This document shows positions 1-9,036 of a DNA stretch of 64,000 nt, piece after piece. A model generated the notes under the pieces. That model searched no databases. It was not told the origin of the DNA and worked only from the letters and a program-made list of their open reading frames with translations. The position numbers were made by a program, and so were the translations under genes. This stretch comes from Chthoniobacterales bacterium (GTDB taxonomy: Bacteria; Verrucomicrobiota; Verrucomicrobiia; Chthoniobacterales; Chthoniobacteraceae). How positions within the stretch are numbered: position 1 is the first letter of the stretch; each line of letters opens with the position of its first letter. The stretch spans positions 1 through 64,000 of the forward strand of contig JBBQZX010000031.1 in NCBI GenBank assembly GCA_038207335.1. The letters run 5' to 3'.

Positions 1-73
1 GGCTACCCGCGGGGGACGTCGTCAGCGCGCCATTCGCAGGTTGCGACCTTCGGGCTCTTCACGGCAAACCACG

Positions 74-119
74 CACTCGGCGGGTCGCCGAATGCGGCGC
101 GCGGGTCGCGTGCTCCACC
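74..119 (-). repeat. REP-like palindromic repeat, copy A1 (downstream of hrpB)
   Basis: Reverse complement GGTGGAGCACGCGACCCGCGCGCCGCATTCGGCGACCCGCCGAGTGC; first 20 nt identical to 20000-20019; two hairpins. Confidence 0.75.
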
Positions 120-152
120 CAGACCCCACATCCGTGCGCACAGCCGCTTCCC

Positions 153-2690
153 TTACCTCCACTCGTGCCGCGGGTATTTGCGCTGCAGCTCGAGTTTGAT
201 TTTCGGGTAGGACTCTTTCCAGAAGTTCGCGAGGTTTTGGGTCACTTGGATCGGGCGGTGGTTTGGCGCGAGGACTTGGATGACGAGCGGGATGCTGCCG
301 CCCGCGATGCGGAGGTCGCCCTCCACGCCGTATAAATCCTGGATGCGCGCGGCGATGGTTGGCGGAGAATTTGGCGCGTAGATGATTTTGAAAGCGCGGC
401 CTTTCGGGAGCTGGAGACGCTCCGGCGCGAAGTCGTCGAGGAGGCGCTGCTGAGCGGAGGAGAGCCACGATTTCACCACAGGCCAAACCGGTCGTTCCTT
501 GATCTCCTTGTAGCTTGTCGCGCCGTGGCAGACCTGCTCTACGAGCATTCGGCGGTCGTCCGCGCTGATTTTTGGCAGCTCGAATTCCGGGCGCCAATCG
601 GCGAGCAGATTGAGCCGAACGATCCACTGATCGACCGCATTGTCCCAGCTTTTGAGCGTGCACGCACCGGACTCGACTTGACGCGCGAGCAGCTCCGCAG
701 CTTGATCGAGCGGCACTTTATCCGACGACTCGGAGCGCAAAAGCAGGTCGCGAAAACGGACGGTGCGATGCGCGACGACGCGGCGCTGGGTCGCGTCGAA
801 GCGCACGTCGATCGCCTCGGCGAAGCCGTCGGGGAAAAGCTCGCGAAGCCATTCTTCACGAATCGCGGTCGCAAGGGTAAGGAGCGTTTCGAGTTCTCCG
901 CGGATCGCGATTTCACGCACCTCGCTCGCGACGAGCAGCGGTGAATCGTGGACGACGCTCTCGCGGGCAAGGACGCCGCGGCGGTGATGCACGAGGTCGC
1001 AACGGAGCGAGCCCGTGTCGCAGCGTTTCGCGACCTGGTCGGGAAAGCCCGCCAGCACACACTTTGCGACCGCCTCGGGCGATGCGGCGCGCTCCGCGAG
1101 GTCGAGCCGCTCGTCTCGCGCGATGCGCAGGAACTGATCGGTGAGCGCGGCGGCTTCGCGCGCGGCGAGGGCGTTGATGCCGAGTTCGCGGCAGCGCTCC
1201 GGGTTGAAATTCGACTGCTCGGCGAAGCGGTGCGCACGCATGAGCACAAAAAAATCGGAGCCCTCGATCTCGCCGAGATGCCGCTCGCGGTCGGCCTCCA
1301 TCTGCTTGCCCTCCGCGCGGCGGACGATGTTGCGCCCCTGCGTGAGCGCGGCGACGAGCGCGATGTCGCGCACGCATCCAAGTTCATCCGCGGCGAGGAG
1401 CATCCGCGCGTACCGCGGGTGGACCGGGAAGGCGAGCATCCGTCGGCCGAGCGGCGTGATCTGGGACGTCGTTGCGTTTTCGCCGAGCGCGCCGAGGTCG
1501 CTCAGGAGCGCGAGTGCGCGGTCGAGGGAGCGGGTGTCGGGCGGCTCGAGCCAGCGGAAATTCGCGACATCATCGACACCGCTGGCTTTCAACGTGAGGA
1601 CGACTTCGGCCAGGTCGAGGCGGCGGATTTCGGGGAGTTCCTGCGGACGACGGTCGCCGTGTTCGCGCTCGGTCCAGAGCCGGAGGCAGCGACCGGGCGC
1701 GGTGCGTCCGGCGCGTCCAGAGCGCTGGTCGGCAGAGGCGCGACTGATGCGCTCGACGAGGAGCGTATTGATCCCGCGATACGGATCGAAACGCGCGATT
1801 TTCGCGAGACCGGCGTCGATGACAACGCGCACGCCGTCGATGGTGAGCGAGGTTTCCGCGACGTTTGTGGAGATGATCACTTTGCGCCGCTCGTAACGCG
1901 CGACGGCGGCGTCCTGGTCGCCGACGGGGAGTTCGCCGTGCAGCGGCAAAGCGATGAATTGGCTGCCGATGTGCGAGCTTTTGATCGCGGAAATCGTGCG
2001 CGAAATCTCGAACGCGCCGGGCATGAAAATAAGGACGTCGCCTTCGGTATCGGGGGCGAGACGCGTGAGTTCGTCGGCGGCTGCGTCCCAGACCGGTGCG
2101 TCCCCGAGTGAGCGATCGAGGTATTCGATCTCGACGGGAAAAGTGCGCCCGGCGGAGGTGAGGAGTTCGCACGGCGCGAGGTATTTTTGGAGCGAACCCG
2201 CGTCGAGCGTGGCGGACATGACGACGAGGCGCAGGTCGGGGCGGCGCGTCTCCTGGAGATCGAGCGCGCAGGCGAGCGTGATGTCGCCGTAGAGGTGCCG
2301 CTCGTGAAATTCGTCGAAGAGGATCGCGCTCACGCCGCGCAATTCCGGGTCGCTGAGCATCTGCCGCAGCAGGACGCCTTCAGTCACGAAACGGATGCGC
2401 GTCTTTGCGGAGCAGACACGGTCGAGGCGGATTTGGTATCCGACCTCATCGCCGATCCGGACGCCACGCTCGCTGGCCACGCGCGCGGCGAGCATCCGCG
2501 TGGCGAGGCGGCGCGGCTGGAGGACGACGATCTCACCATCGGCTGCGAAGCCGCTTTCCAGCAGGATTTGCGGGACTTGGGTCGATTTGCCGGAGCCAGT
2601 CGGGGCTTGCAAAACGAGGCGCGAGTTTTGACGCAAAGAGGCGACGATTTGCGATTCGAGATCGAAGATGGGCAGGTCGCGAGGAGGCAA
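153..2690 (-). CDS. hrpB: ATP-dependent RNA helicase HrpB (DEAH/RHA family)
   Basis: Motifs APTGSGKST, QPRRLA, DEFHER, MSAT, TNVAETSLT, QRSGRAGR and HrpB-type C-terminus (NFWKESY...YPRHEW). Start trimmed to TTG 2690 (LPPRDLPI); the ORF-track 5' extension overlaps the divergent gene. Confidence 0.93.
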   Translation of the reverse strand: MPPRDLPIFDLESQIVASLRQNSRLVLQAPTGSGKSTQVPQILLESGFAADGEIVVLQPRRLATRMLAARVASERGVRIGDEVGYQIRLDRVCSAKTRIRFVTEGVLLRQMLSDPELRGVSAILFDEFHERHLYGDITLACALDLQETRRPDLRLVVMSATLDAGSLQKYLAPCELLTSAGRTFPVEIEYLDRSLGDAPVWDAAADELTRLAPDTEGDVLIFMPGAFEISRTISAIKSSHIGSQFIALPLHGELPVGDQDAAVARYERRKVIISTNVAETSLTIDGVRVVIDAGLAKIARFDPYRGINTLLVERISRASADQRSGRAGRTAPGRCLRLWTEREHGDRRPQELPEIRRLDLAEVVLTLKASGVDDVANFRWLEPPDTRSLDRALALLSDLGALGENATTSQITPLGRRMLAFPVHPRYARMLLAADELGCVRDIALVAALTQGRNIVRRAEGKQMEADRERHLGEIEGSDFFVLMRAHRFAEQSNFNPERCRELGINALAAREAAALTDQFLRIARDERLDLAERAASPEAVAKCVLAGFPDQVAKRCDTGSLRCDLVHHRRGVLARESVVHDSPLLVASEVREIAIRGELETLLTLATAIREEWLRELFPDGFAEAIDVRFDATQRRVVAHRTVRFRDLLLRSESSDKVPLDQAAELLARQVESGACTLKSWDNAVDQWIVRLNLLADWRPEFELPKISADDRRMLVEQVCHGATSYKEIKERPVWPVVKSWLSSAQQRLLDDFAPERLQLPKGRAFKIIYAPNSPPTIAARIQDLYGVEGDLRIAGGSIPLVIQVLAPNHRPIQVTQNLANFWKESYPKIKLELQRKYPRHEWR

Positions 2691-2743
2691 GGCAGGGATG
2701 ATGTGAGTGGCGGCGGCGTACTTTACATGGGACCTCGCACGCC

Positions 2744-2810
2744 GAACATCGAACATCGAAGTGATGGTAAGAGCAGCGGCTGGCACTTTTCGTGGCGATG
2801 TTCGATATTC
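2744..2810. repeat. Inverted pair of short heptamer tandem repeats (GAACATC)x2 ... CGATGTTCGATATTC
   Basis: 2744-2758 is complementary to 2796-2810 with one mismatch; lies in the divergent hrpB/pseudouridine synthase intergenic region. Confidence 0.6.
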
Positions 2811-2853
2811 CGCGACGCGCCGTCGGCCTGGCCAAATAGGCGTTCCTCTGCTC

Positions 2854-3423
2854 GTGCTTCTCGCTTTCCACAAACCGTTTGGCGTCGTGTCACAATTCAC
2901 TCCCGACGGGTCGCCGCATCGCACGCTCGCGGAGTTTGGATTTCCGAACGGCGTGTACCCGATCGGTCGGCTCGATGCGGAGAGCGAGGGGCTACTGCTG
3001 CTGAGCGATGAGGCGGCGCTGAATGCGCGGCTGCTGCACCCGAAGCAGGCGCACACGCGGACGTATTGGGCGCAGGTGGAGCGGGCTCCTTCAGACGAGG
3101 CGCTCGCGGAACTGGCGCGTGGCGTGGTGATCAGCGGACGGCGCACGCTGCCGGGGAGCGCATGGATGCTTGATCCGCAGCCGGTGATGCCGCCGCGCGT
3201 GCCTCCGATTCGGGTGCGCAAAAATGTCCCGGATACGTGGATCGCGGTGGAGTTGATCGAGGGGAAGAACCATCAAGTGCGGCGGATGACAGCGGCGGTG
3301 GGGCATCCGACTCTGCGGCTGGTGCGGGTGCGGATTGGGGAGTTGGATCTCGGTGATTTGGCTGCGGGAAATTGGCGTGCGCTGGACGGTGAGGATCGCG
3401 CTCGGATTTTTGGCGGGAGGTGA
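2854..3423 (+). CDS. rRNA pseudouridine synthase, RsuA/RluE family (no S4 domain)
   Basis: LAFHKPFGVVSQF, catalytic GRLDAESEGLLLL, EGKNHQVRRMTAAVGHPTLRLVR; GTG start inferred. Confidence 0.9.
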   Translation: MLLAFHKPFGVVSQFTPDGSPHRTLAEFGFPNGVYPIGRLDAESEGLLLLSDEAALNARLLHPKQAHTRTYWAQVERAPSDEALAELARGVVISGRRTLPGSAWMLDPQPVMPPRVPPIRVRKNVPDTWIAVELIEGKNHQVRRMTAAVGHPTLRLVRVRIGELDLGDLAAGNWRALDGEDRARIFGGR

Positions 3424-3442
3424 GATTGGTGCGAGCGGTCTG

Positions 3443-3490
3443 AAAGTTCGTCGCGGCGGCACGACTCGGCCAGCACTCGGGACGAGCGCG
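3443..3490 (-). repeat. REP-like repeat, copy B1 (between convergent genes)
   Basis: Reverse complement matches 26977-27024 at 34/48 positions without gaps; both end in ACTTT. Confidence 0.6.
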
Positions 3491-3514
3491 TTTCGCGGGG
3501 CGGGAGGTGAGGCG

Positions 3515-4795
3515 CTAGTTTCCGGGACCGCCACGGCGGCCACCTCCGCCCCCGGGAGCGGAGAGGGTTGCTTTGAAATTGTCGTCGAGCGAGGCGGCGG
3601 CGACCCATGCGAGGGCGGCGGTCTGGTCGCGGCGCTTCCAGTCGTTGACGATGTTTTGAATCGTGCGGTCACGCGTTTCAGGGGTCGTAATCGTGCCGGC
3701 CCATGCGAGCGCGCCGGGCGGATCGGTGCGGACGACGCTGGTCGCGTAGGTTTCGCGGAGCGGGTCAGATTCGGCACCGAGTGGGAAGTTGTTCATGAAT
3801 TTCCCGACGGCCGCGGCGTCGTCGCGAGTCCACTGACCGATGACTTGCGTGAGCGCCTTCGTCCGGCCGTCGCCGGGCGGGAGCGCGAGGACCCACTGCG
3901 CGGTGCCGGGGCCGTCTTTGTCGGCGAGGCGACCGGCGAGTTGCGCGAGGATGCCGTCGCGGAAGGTGCCGGCGGGGAGCGCGAGCAGTGCGTCGCGGGC
4001 ACCGGTTTCTTCACGCTGGGCGAGGAGTTCGTTGATGAGCGTGTCCATCATGCGGCCTCGCGAGCGGCTGACATCCTGGCTCGCGGCGACCTCCATCGCT
4101 CGGTCGATATTCGTGCGGGCAAGCTGGCCGACGACGGACGCCACGGCCCAGTTTCCGTCGGGACCGCGCTGGTTGTTCCCGTCGGTGGGCGGGTTGCCGT
4201 TGGCCTCCGCCCACGCGATGGCGGCCTCGGGGTCGAGGCGCGTCCACGTTTTCAAGACGGTACCCGTGCCGATCCAGCGCTCTTCGTTGCTGCGTTTCGG
4301 GTCCGAGGCGTAGGCGGCGGCGGCCTTGGCATCGAGCTTCGTGTATCGCTCGAGGAGGAGCCCATATTCGCGACTCACGCGCATTGGGCCGCGTCCGCGC
4401 TCGCCATTATCGCTGATGACTTTCAGCGCTTCCTCAATGTCCGCGGGACTGTTCAGGGTTTCTAGAAGGCGGAGGAATCCGGTCATTCGCGTCGCCTCGT
4501 CTTCCTGGGCGAGTAGTTGCTTAAGGTATTCTCCCATCGGCATTCCGCCGGTGATTTCAGCGGTCGTGGCAGCGCCGCTTTTTTTCCCAAAAAGTGAGCC
4601 GATACCGGCTCCAAGAGCACTACCGGAGCCCGCGCCGCTTGCCGCGCCGCTGGCATTGGAGACGCCTCCTCCGCCAGTTGCCGCAGCATTTTTCGGCTGC
4701 GGTGCGCTCATCGAGCCGACGGAGTAAGCGATGACGGCGGTGGTGAGCCACACACCTGGGAAGATAAATTGTCGAGGACGGAATGGGAGGCTCAT
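3515..4795 (-). CDS. Hypothetical exported/membrane-anchored helical-repeat protein (W-x3-DP-x-AA-x-AW repeats)
   Basis: N-terminal hydrophobic segment, Gly/Ala linker, repeated WTRLDPEAAIAW / RTDPPGALAW / WKRRDQTAALAW. Confidence 0.75.
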   Translation of the reverse strand: MSLPFRPRQFIFPGVWLTTAVIAYSVGSMSAPQPKNAAATGGGGVSNASGAASGAGSGSALGAGIGSLFGKKSGAATTAEITGGMPMGEYLKQLLAQEDEATRMTGFLRLLETLNSPADIEEALKVISDNGERGRGPMRVSREYGLLLERYTKLDAKAAAAYASDPKRSNEERWIGTGTVLKTWTRLDPEAAIAWAEANGNPPTDGNNQRGPDGNWAVASVVGQLARTNIDRAMEVAASQDVSRSRGRMMDTLINELLAQREETGARDALLALPAGTFRDGILAQLAGRLADKDGPGTAQWVLALPPGDGRTKALTQVIGQWTRDDAAAVGKFMNNFPLGAESDPLRETYATSVVRTDPPGALAWAGTITTPETRDRTIQNIVNDWKRRDQTAALAWVAAASLDDNFKATLSAPGGGGGRRGGPGN

Positions 4796-4883
4796 GAGGA
4801 AAGTTAACCTCTTAATAACACCGGAAGAGCGAAAGTTGTGCAGCGACGGAATGGAAATCCGTTAAACGCAGCTTCGACCCGCG

Positions 4884-6797
4884 TTAGGCGGCGCTTTTGG
4901 GCTGCGCTGGTTTTTTGGATTTCACGAGGGGGAGGATCTTCTCGACGGCTGCCTCGGCAGTAAGGCCGTGCTTTTTCCGCAGGATGTCGATGGCCCCGTG
5001 CTCGATGAATTGATCCGGCCAGCCGATACGGACGACGGGGGTTTTGATGCCGGCGTCGTTGAGGTGTTCGATGATGCCGCAGCCGAAGCCGTTGTGCAGG
5101 ACGTGGTCCTCGAGCGTGCAGATGACATCGACGCTGCGGGCAAAGAATTCGATGGTCCCAGCGTCGAGAGGCTTGATCCAGCGCGGGTTGATGACTGCGG
5201 CGCTAATGCCTTGCGCTTCAAGCAACTGTGCGGCTTCGGCGGCCATCGCGCACATTCCACCGAGTCCGAAAAGCGCAACCTGCGTGCCGTGTTTGATGAC
5301 TTCGGCCTTGCCGATTTCGAGAAGGCGGGGCTGCTCTTTTGGCTTCACGCCCGTTCCGACACCGCGCGGGTAGCGGATGGCGATGGGGCCGTCGCTATAG
5401 TTCGCGATCGTCCAGAGCATGTCCACGAATTCGTCCTCGTCCTTCGGCTGCATGTGGACGATGCCGGGGACGTGGCGGAGGTAGCCGATGTCGAAGAGGC
5501 CGTGGTGCGTGGGGCCGTCGTCGCCGCTGAGACCGCCGCGATCCATGCAGAGCGCGACGTTGAGATTTTGCAGCGCGATGTCGTGAATGATCATGTCGTA
5601 GGCGCGCTGCATGAAGGTCGAGTAGATCGCGAGGAACGGCTTGAAGCCCTGCGTGGACATGCCTGCCGCAAAGAGCGCCGCGTGCTCCTCGGCGATGCCG
5701 ACGTCGTAGTATTTGTCGGGGTGGGCTTTTGCGAAAGAGGAGAGGCCGGTGCCGGTCGGCATTGCGCCGGTGATTGCGCAGATTTTGTTGTTCGAGTCAG
5801 CGAATTTGCTGAGCGTTTTACCGAAGATCTCGGCGAATGTCGGTGAGCTGCCGGTCGCGGTTTTGCCGGTCTTCGGCTCGAAGCGGCCGAGGCCGTGGAA
5901 TTTGTCGGGCTGCTCGAGCGCGGGCGCGTAGCCTTTGCCCTTTTGGGTCAAAATGTGGAGGAGCACGGGCTCGTTCTGCGTTTTCAAAAACTCGAACGTG
6001 CGGATGAGCAGCGGGATGTCGTGGCCGTCGATCGGGCCGTAATATCGAAGGCCGAGCTCCTCGAAAATGACGCTCGGAAGGACGAGGCTTTTGACACCGG
6101 ACTCGATTTTGTGGGCGAGTTCCTTTGCGACTTTCCCACCGATCATCTCGACGAATGACGCGGCCTTTTCGTGGAGATGCGCGTAGGTCGGGTGGGTGGC
6201 GATTTTGTTGAAGTAGCTCGCCATCGCGCCGACGTTTTTGGCGATCGACCATTCGTTGTCGTTGAGGACGACGATGAATTTTTTAGTGGCCTCGGAGACG
6301 TTGTTGAGAGCCTCGTATGTCACGCCGCAGGTGAAGGCCGCGTCGCCGGCGATGCAGACGACGTTTTCATCGGAGCCACGTTTGTCGCGCCCGACGGCCA
6401 TGCCGAGCGCGGCGCTGACGGCGGTGCCAGCGTGACCGGCGCCGTAGCAGTCGTGCTCGCTCTCGGTGCGCAGTAGGAAGCCGTTCAGCCCGCCGTATTG
6501 GCGCATCGTGTTGAAGCGGTCGCGTCGGCCGGTGAGGAGTTTGTGGACGTAGCCCTGGTGGCTCACATCGAAGACGAATTTGTCCTTTGGCGTGTCGAAG
6601 ACGCGATGCAGCGCGATGGTAAGTTCGACGACTCCGAGATTCGGCCCGAGGTGGCCGCCCACGGAACTGCTGTTGGCCTCGGAGAGAACGTTCACGAGTT
6701 CGTCGCGGATCTCCTGCGCGAGCTGTGGCAAGTCGCGCTCGGCGAGGGCTTTGACGTCGGTGGGCGACTGAATCGTGGGAAGAATCGGCGTGGGCAT
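4884..6797 (-). CDS. dxs: 1-deoxy-D-xylulose-5-phosphate synthase
   Basis: GGHLGPNLGVVELT, DVSHQGYVHKLLTGR, GDAAFTCG..EALNN TPP motif, DVGIAEEHA, DGPTHHG. Confidence 0.97.
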   Translation of the reverse strand: MPTPILPTIQSPTDVKALAERDLPQLAQEIRDELVNVLSEANSSSVGGHLGPNLGVVELTIALHRVFDTPKDKFVFDVSHQGYVHKLLTGRRDRFNTMRQYGGLNGFLLRTESEHDCYGAGHAGTAVSAALGMAVGRDKRGSDENVVCIAGDAAFTCGVTYEALNNVSEATKKFIVVLNDNEWSIAKNVGAMASYFNKIATHPTYAHLHEKAASFVEMIGGKVAKELAHKIESGVKSLVLPSVIFEELGLRYYGPIDGHDIPLLIRTFEFLKTQNEPVLLHILTQKGKGYAPALEQPDKFHGLGRFEPKTGKTATGSSPTFAEIFGKTLSKFADSNNKICAITGAMPTGTGLSSFAKAHPDKYYDVGIAEEHAALFAAGMSTQGFKPFLAIYSTFMQRAYDMIIHDIALQNLNVALCMDRGGLSGDDGPTHHGLFDIGYLRHVPGIVHMQPKDEDEFVDMLWTIANYSDGPIAIRYPRGVGTGVKPKEQPRLLEIGKAEVIKHGTQVALFGLGGMCAMAAEAAQLLEAQGISAAVINPRWIKPLDAGTIEFFARSVDVICTLEDHVLHNGFGCGIIEHLNDAGIKTPVVRIGWPDQFIEHGAIDILRKKHGLTAEAAVEKILPLVKSKKPAQPKSAA

Positions 6798-6813
6798 TTT
6801 GAAAAATAGAGGA

Positions 6814-7122
6814 CTAGAATAAACGAACGTCGAGCTCCGGCGTGCTGGGTTTTTTTGCTTCCGCAGGTGAGGCGTCGGGCTCGAATTCGATAGCCTGCGG
6901 CTTGCCAGCGGCGTTGCGGCTGATGATCTCGATGCGCTTCTCGGCCTCCGAGAGTTTGGTCTGGCAGACTTGCACGAGCCTCGTGCCCTCCTCGTATCGC
7001 GCGATCAAATCCTGGAGCGGCATTTTATCCGACTCCATTTCCTCGACGATGCTCTCGAGCCGCTCCATCGCGCACTCGAAAGTGGGCGCCGGGGCTTTGT
7101 CGGTGGACGATTTCGTGGCCAT
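6814..7122 (-). CDS. xseB: Exodeoxyribonuclease VII small subunit
   Basis: TFECAMERLESIVEEME...L...IARYEEG..L...C..KL.EAEKRI; conserved xseB-dxs order. Confidence 0.92.
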   Translation of the reverse strand: MATKSSTDKAPAPTFECAMERLESIVEEMESDKMPLQDLIARYEEGTRLVQVCQTKLSEAEKRIEIISRNAAGKPQAIEFEPDASPAEAKKPSTPELDVRLF

Positions 7123-7140
7123 GAAAAAAGTGATCGCGGG

Positions 7141-9036
7141 CTAGTCTTCGCGCGCTGTCCAGCGGTCGCGGTCGGCGTAGAAGACGCACTCGTTTTCGAT
7201 CGGCAGGGCGGTGACTGCGCGCAGCGGGAAGTCTTTGATATTCACCTGCCGCAGGATGAATGGCGCCCAGTCTTTGTATTCGCCTTTCGCGATGTCCTTG
7301 AGGAAGCCGGCATTGCCCGAGACGGGGGTGAGATACATTCCGACGATATTGCCGCCAAGGCGGTTGTAGTCGTTCAGCGAAATGAAATCTTCAATGGTCA
7401 TCGGGAGCCAGAGGCATTTGCGATCGGCATACCAGGCGACGGCCCACGGCATGTCTGACATCAGCATTTCATTGGGCCGCGTCCACTCGCTGAGGACCGC
7501 GACGTAAGGCGGGACGTAGGGTGGCCACTGGACGCGATTTTTCGGACGACTCTGGAGCTCGATGAACTGGGACAAAAACGGCCCGGCGGAAACAGTGAAA
7601 ATCAGGACGATGAATCCGATGCGGACGAATTTGATATTGATCTCGAGTCGGCTCCACATGACGAGCACGAGCGCGAGGCCGTAGAATGTCATGAGCGGGA
7701 CGAAGAGGATGTGTAGGTCGGCGGCTTGCACGTCCACCGGGTTGATGCCTGCAACGCTCGGTTCGAGGCCGAAGAGGCACATCCCGAAAACTCCGACGCT
7801 CCACATGCTGAGGATGCACCATCGAAAGACGGCGGTGTCCGGCTTTTTGAAAAGATGAAGCAGCGCGAGGAAGAAAATCGGCGCTACGAGGATGCTGCCA
7901 AGGAGGTGATAGATGTCGCCGAATTGCTGGATAACTTGTCCGCGCAATTTCTCGTGGAATGCGGTCGGAATGACGCCGGTGAGCGGCCCCTCCAGCGCCA
8001 TCGTGCGCATGACCTGACTCTCTGGGCCGCGGATTCCCGTGAGCCCCGAATACCAGCCGACGCCCGCGAAATCGCCGCAGACCTGGTGATTTCGCACGAG
8101 CCACGGGCCGTAGAAAAGCGCGCAGACGGCGAGGATGATCGCGGCGTCGCGTCCCCACGGACGGAAGAAAAAGACGGCGAAGATGAGCAGGCCCGCGAAC
8201 ATGAACAGCGTCATCGCGTGAGAGAGCGCTAGGAGGCCGAAAAGCGCGCCGATACCGGCGCTCCAGAGCAGCGTGGATTTGCCGGCCTGCTTCGCCTCGA
8301 TCGCACGGACGGTGACGTACATCGCGGAACTGAAGAGAAAGAGCATCAGCATCTGCGGCAGGCCGGACATCGCGTAGTCCCACATTCGCTCGCAGAGCAG
8401 CACCATCCCGACGCCGAAGACGGCGAGCCTTTTGTCGAAGAGGCGCTTCGCCGTGAAGTAGCTCACGAGCACAGCCATGAGGAAAAAGAAGAGCTGAATG
8501 CTGGCGAGGATTTTGTCGCAAATATAGACGACGTCCTTGGTCGTCATCGCCCAGTCGCCTTTCACCATGCGGAGGAAAATCGAGCTGATGTAGGGATTCA
8601 GCGGCGCGTGGTAGGTGTCGGGGACGATGTCTTTTGGAAAAGCACCTTTATTCGACTGGAACTGCCAAAGCGCGGCGGGGCGGATCATTTTTGTGGAGAA
8701 GCCGTTGCCGCGAGCGATCTCGCGTGCGATCTCCGCCTGCTCGATCGCCTTCTCGTGCCCAAGCCCCTTGAATCCGCTCTCCTTGAACATCCACAAATTG
8801 ATGACGTATGCGATCGCCGCGATGAGCACTGCGCGCCGAATCCAGCTCGCCCAGCCGCCTTCCTCCAGCTTGTGGACGGTCGCCTGGATGCTTGCATCCG
8901 TGAGTGTGCGCGTGCGCACGAACCAGAGCCCAAAGACAACGCTGAGCACCCCAAAGATTAGGACGCCAACTTTGACCTGAGTCGAAAGCGCGAGCGTCGG
9001 GGAGATGAGGAACGGCAGGAGCGCGTCAGGCGGCAT
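7141..9036 (-). CDS. Polytopic GT-C glycosyltransferase (ArnT/PMT, GT39/GT83-like)
   Basis: More than 10 hydrophobic segments; periplasmic loop with IAREIARGNGF and PDTYHAPLNP; PWLVRNHQVCG motif. Confidence 0.7.
   Translation of the reverse strand: MPPDALLPFLISPTLALSTQVKVGVLIFGVLSVVFGLWFVRTRTLTDASIQATVHKLEEGGWASWIRRAVLIAAIAYVINLWMFKESGFKGLGHEKAIEQAEIAREIARGNGFSTKMIRPAALWQFQSNKGAFPKDIVPDTYHAPLNPYISSIFLRMVKGDWAMTTKDVVYICDKILASIQLFFFLMAVLVSYFTAKRLFDKRLAVFGVGMVLLCERMWDYAMSGLPQMLMLFLFSSAMYVTVRAIEAKQAGKSTLLWSAGIGALFGLLALSHAMTLFMFAGLLIFAVFFFRPWGRDAAIILAVCALFYGPWLVRNHQVCGDFAGVGWYSGLTGIRGPESQVMRTMALEGPLTGVIPTAFHEKLRGQVIQQFGDIYHLLGSILVAPIFFLALLHLFKKPDTAVFRWCILSMWSVGVFGMCLFGLEPSVAGINPVDVQAADLHILFVPLMTFYGLALVLVMWSRLEINIKFVRIGFIVLIFTVSAGPFLSQFIELQSRPKNRVQWPPYVPPYVAVLSEWTRPNEMLMSDMPWAVAWYADRKCLWLPMTIEDFISLNDYNRLGGNIVGMYLTPVSGNAGFLKDIAKGEYKDWAPFILRQVNIKDFPLRAVTALPIENECVFYADRDRWTARED

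Noticed and set aside
2781..2796. Sigma54 promoter TGGCACTTTTCGTGGC
   Set aside because: The -12 element lacks TTGC and the GG-N10-GC spacing is not met.
2691..3221. N-terminal extension of HrpB (1022-aa ORF)
   Set aside because: Antisense overlap with the pseudouridine synthase; helicase homology starts at LPI near 2670. Similar over-extended starts were trimmed for ppk1, folP, rnhB, GH16 and both PEP-CTERM genes.
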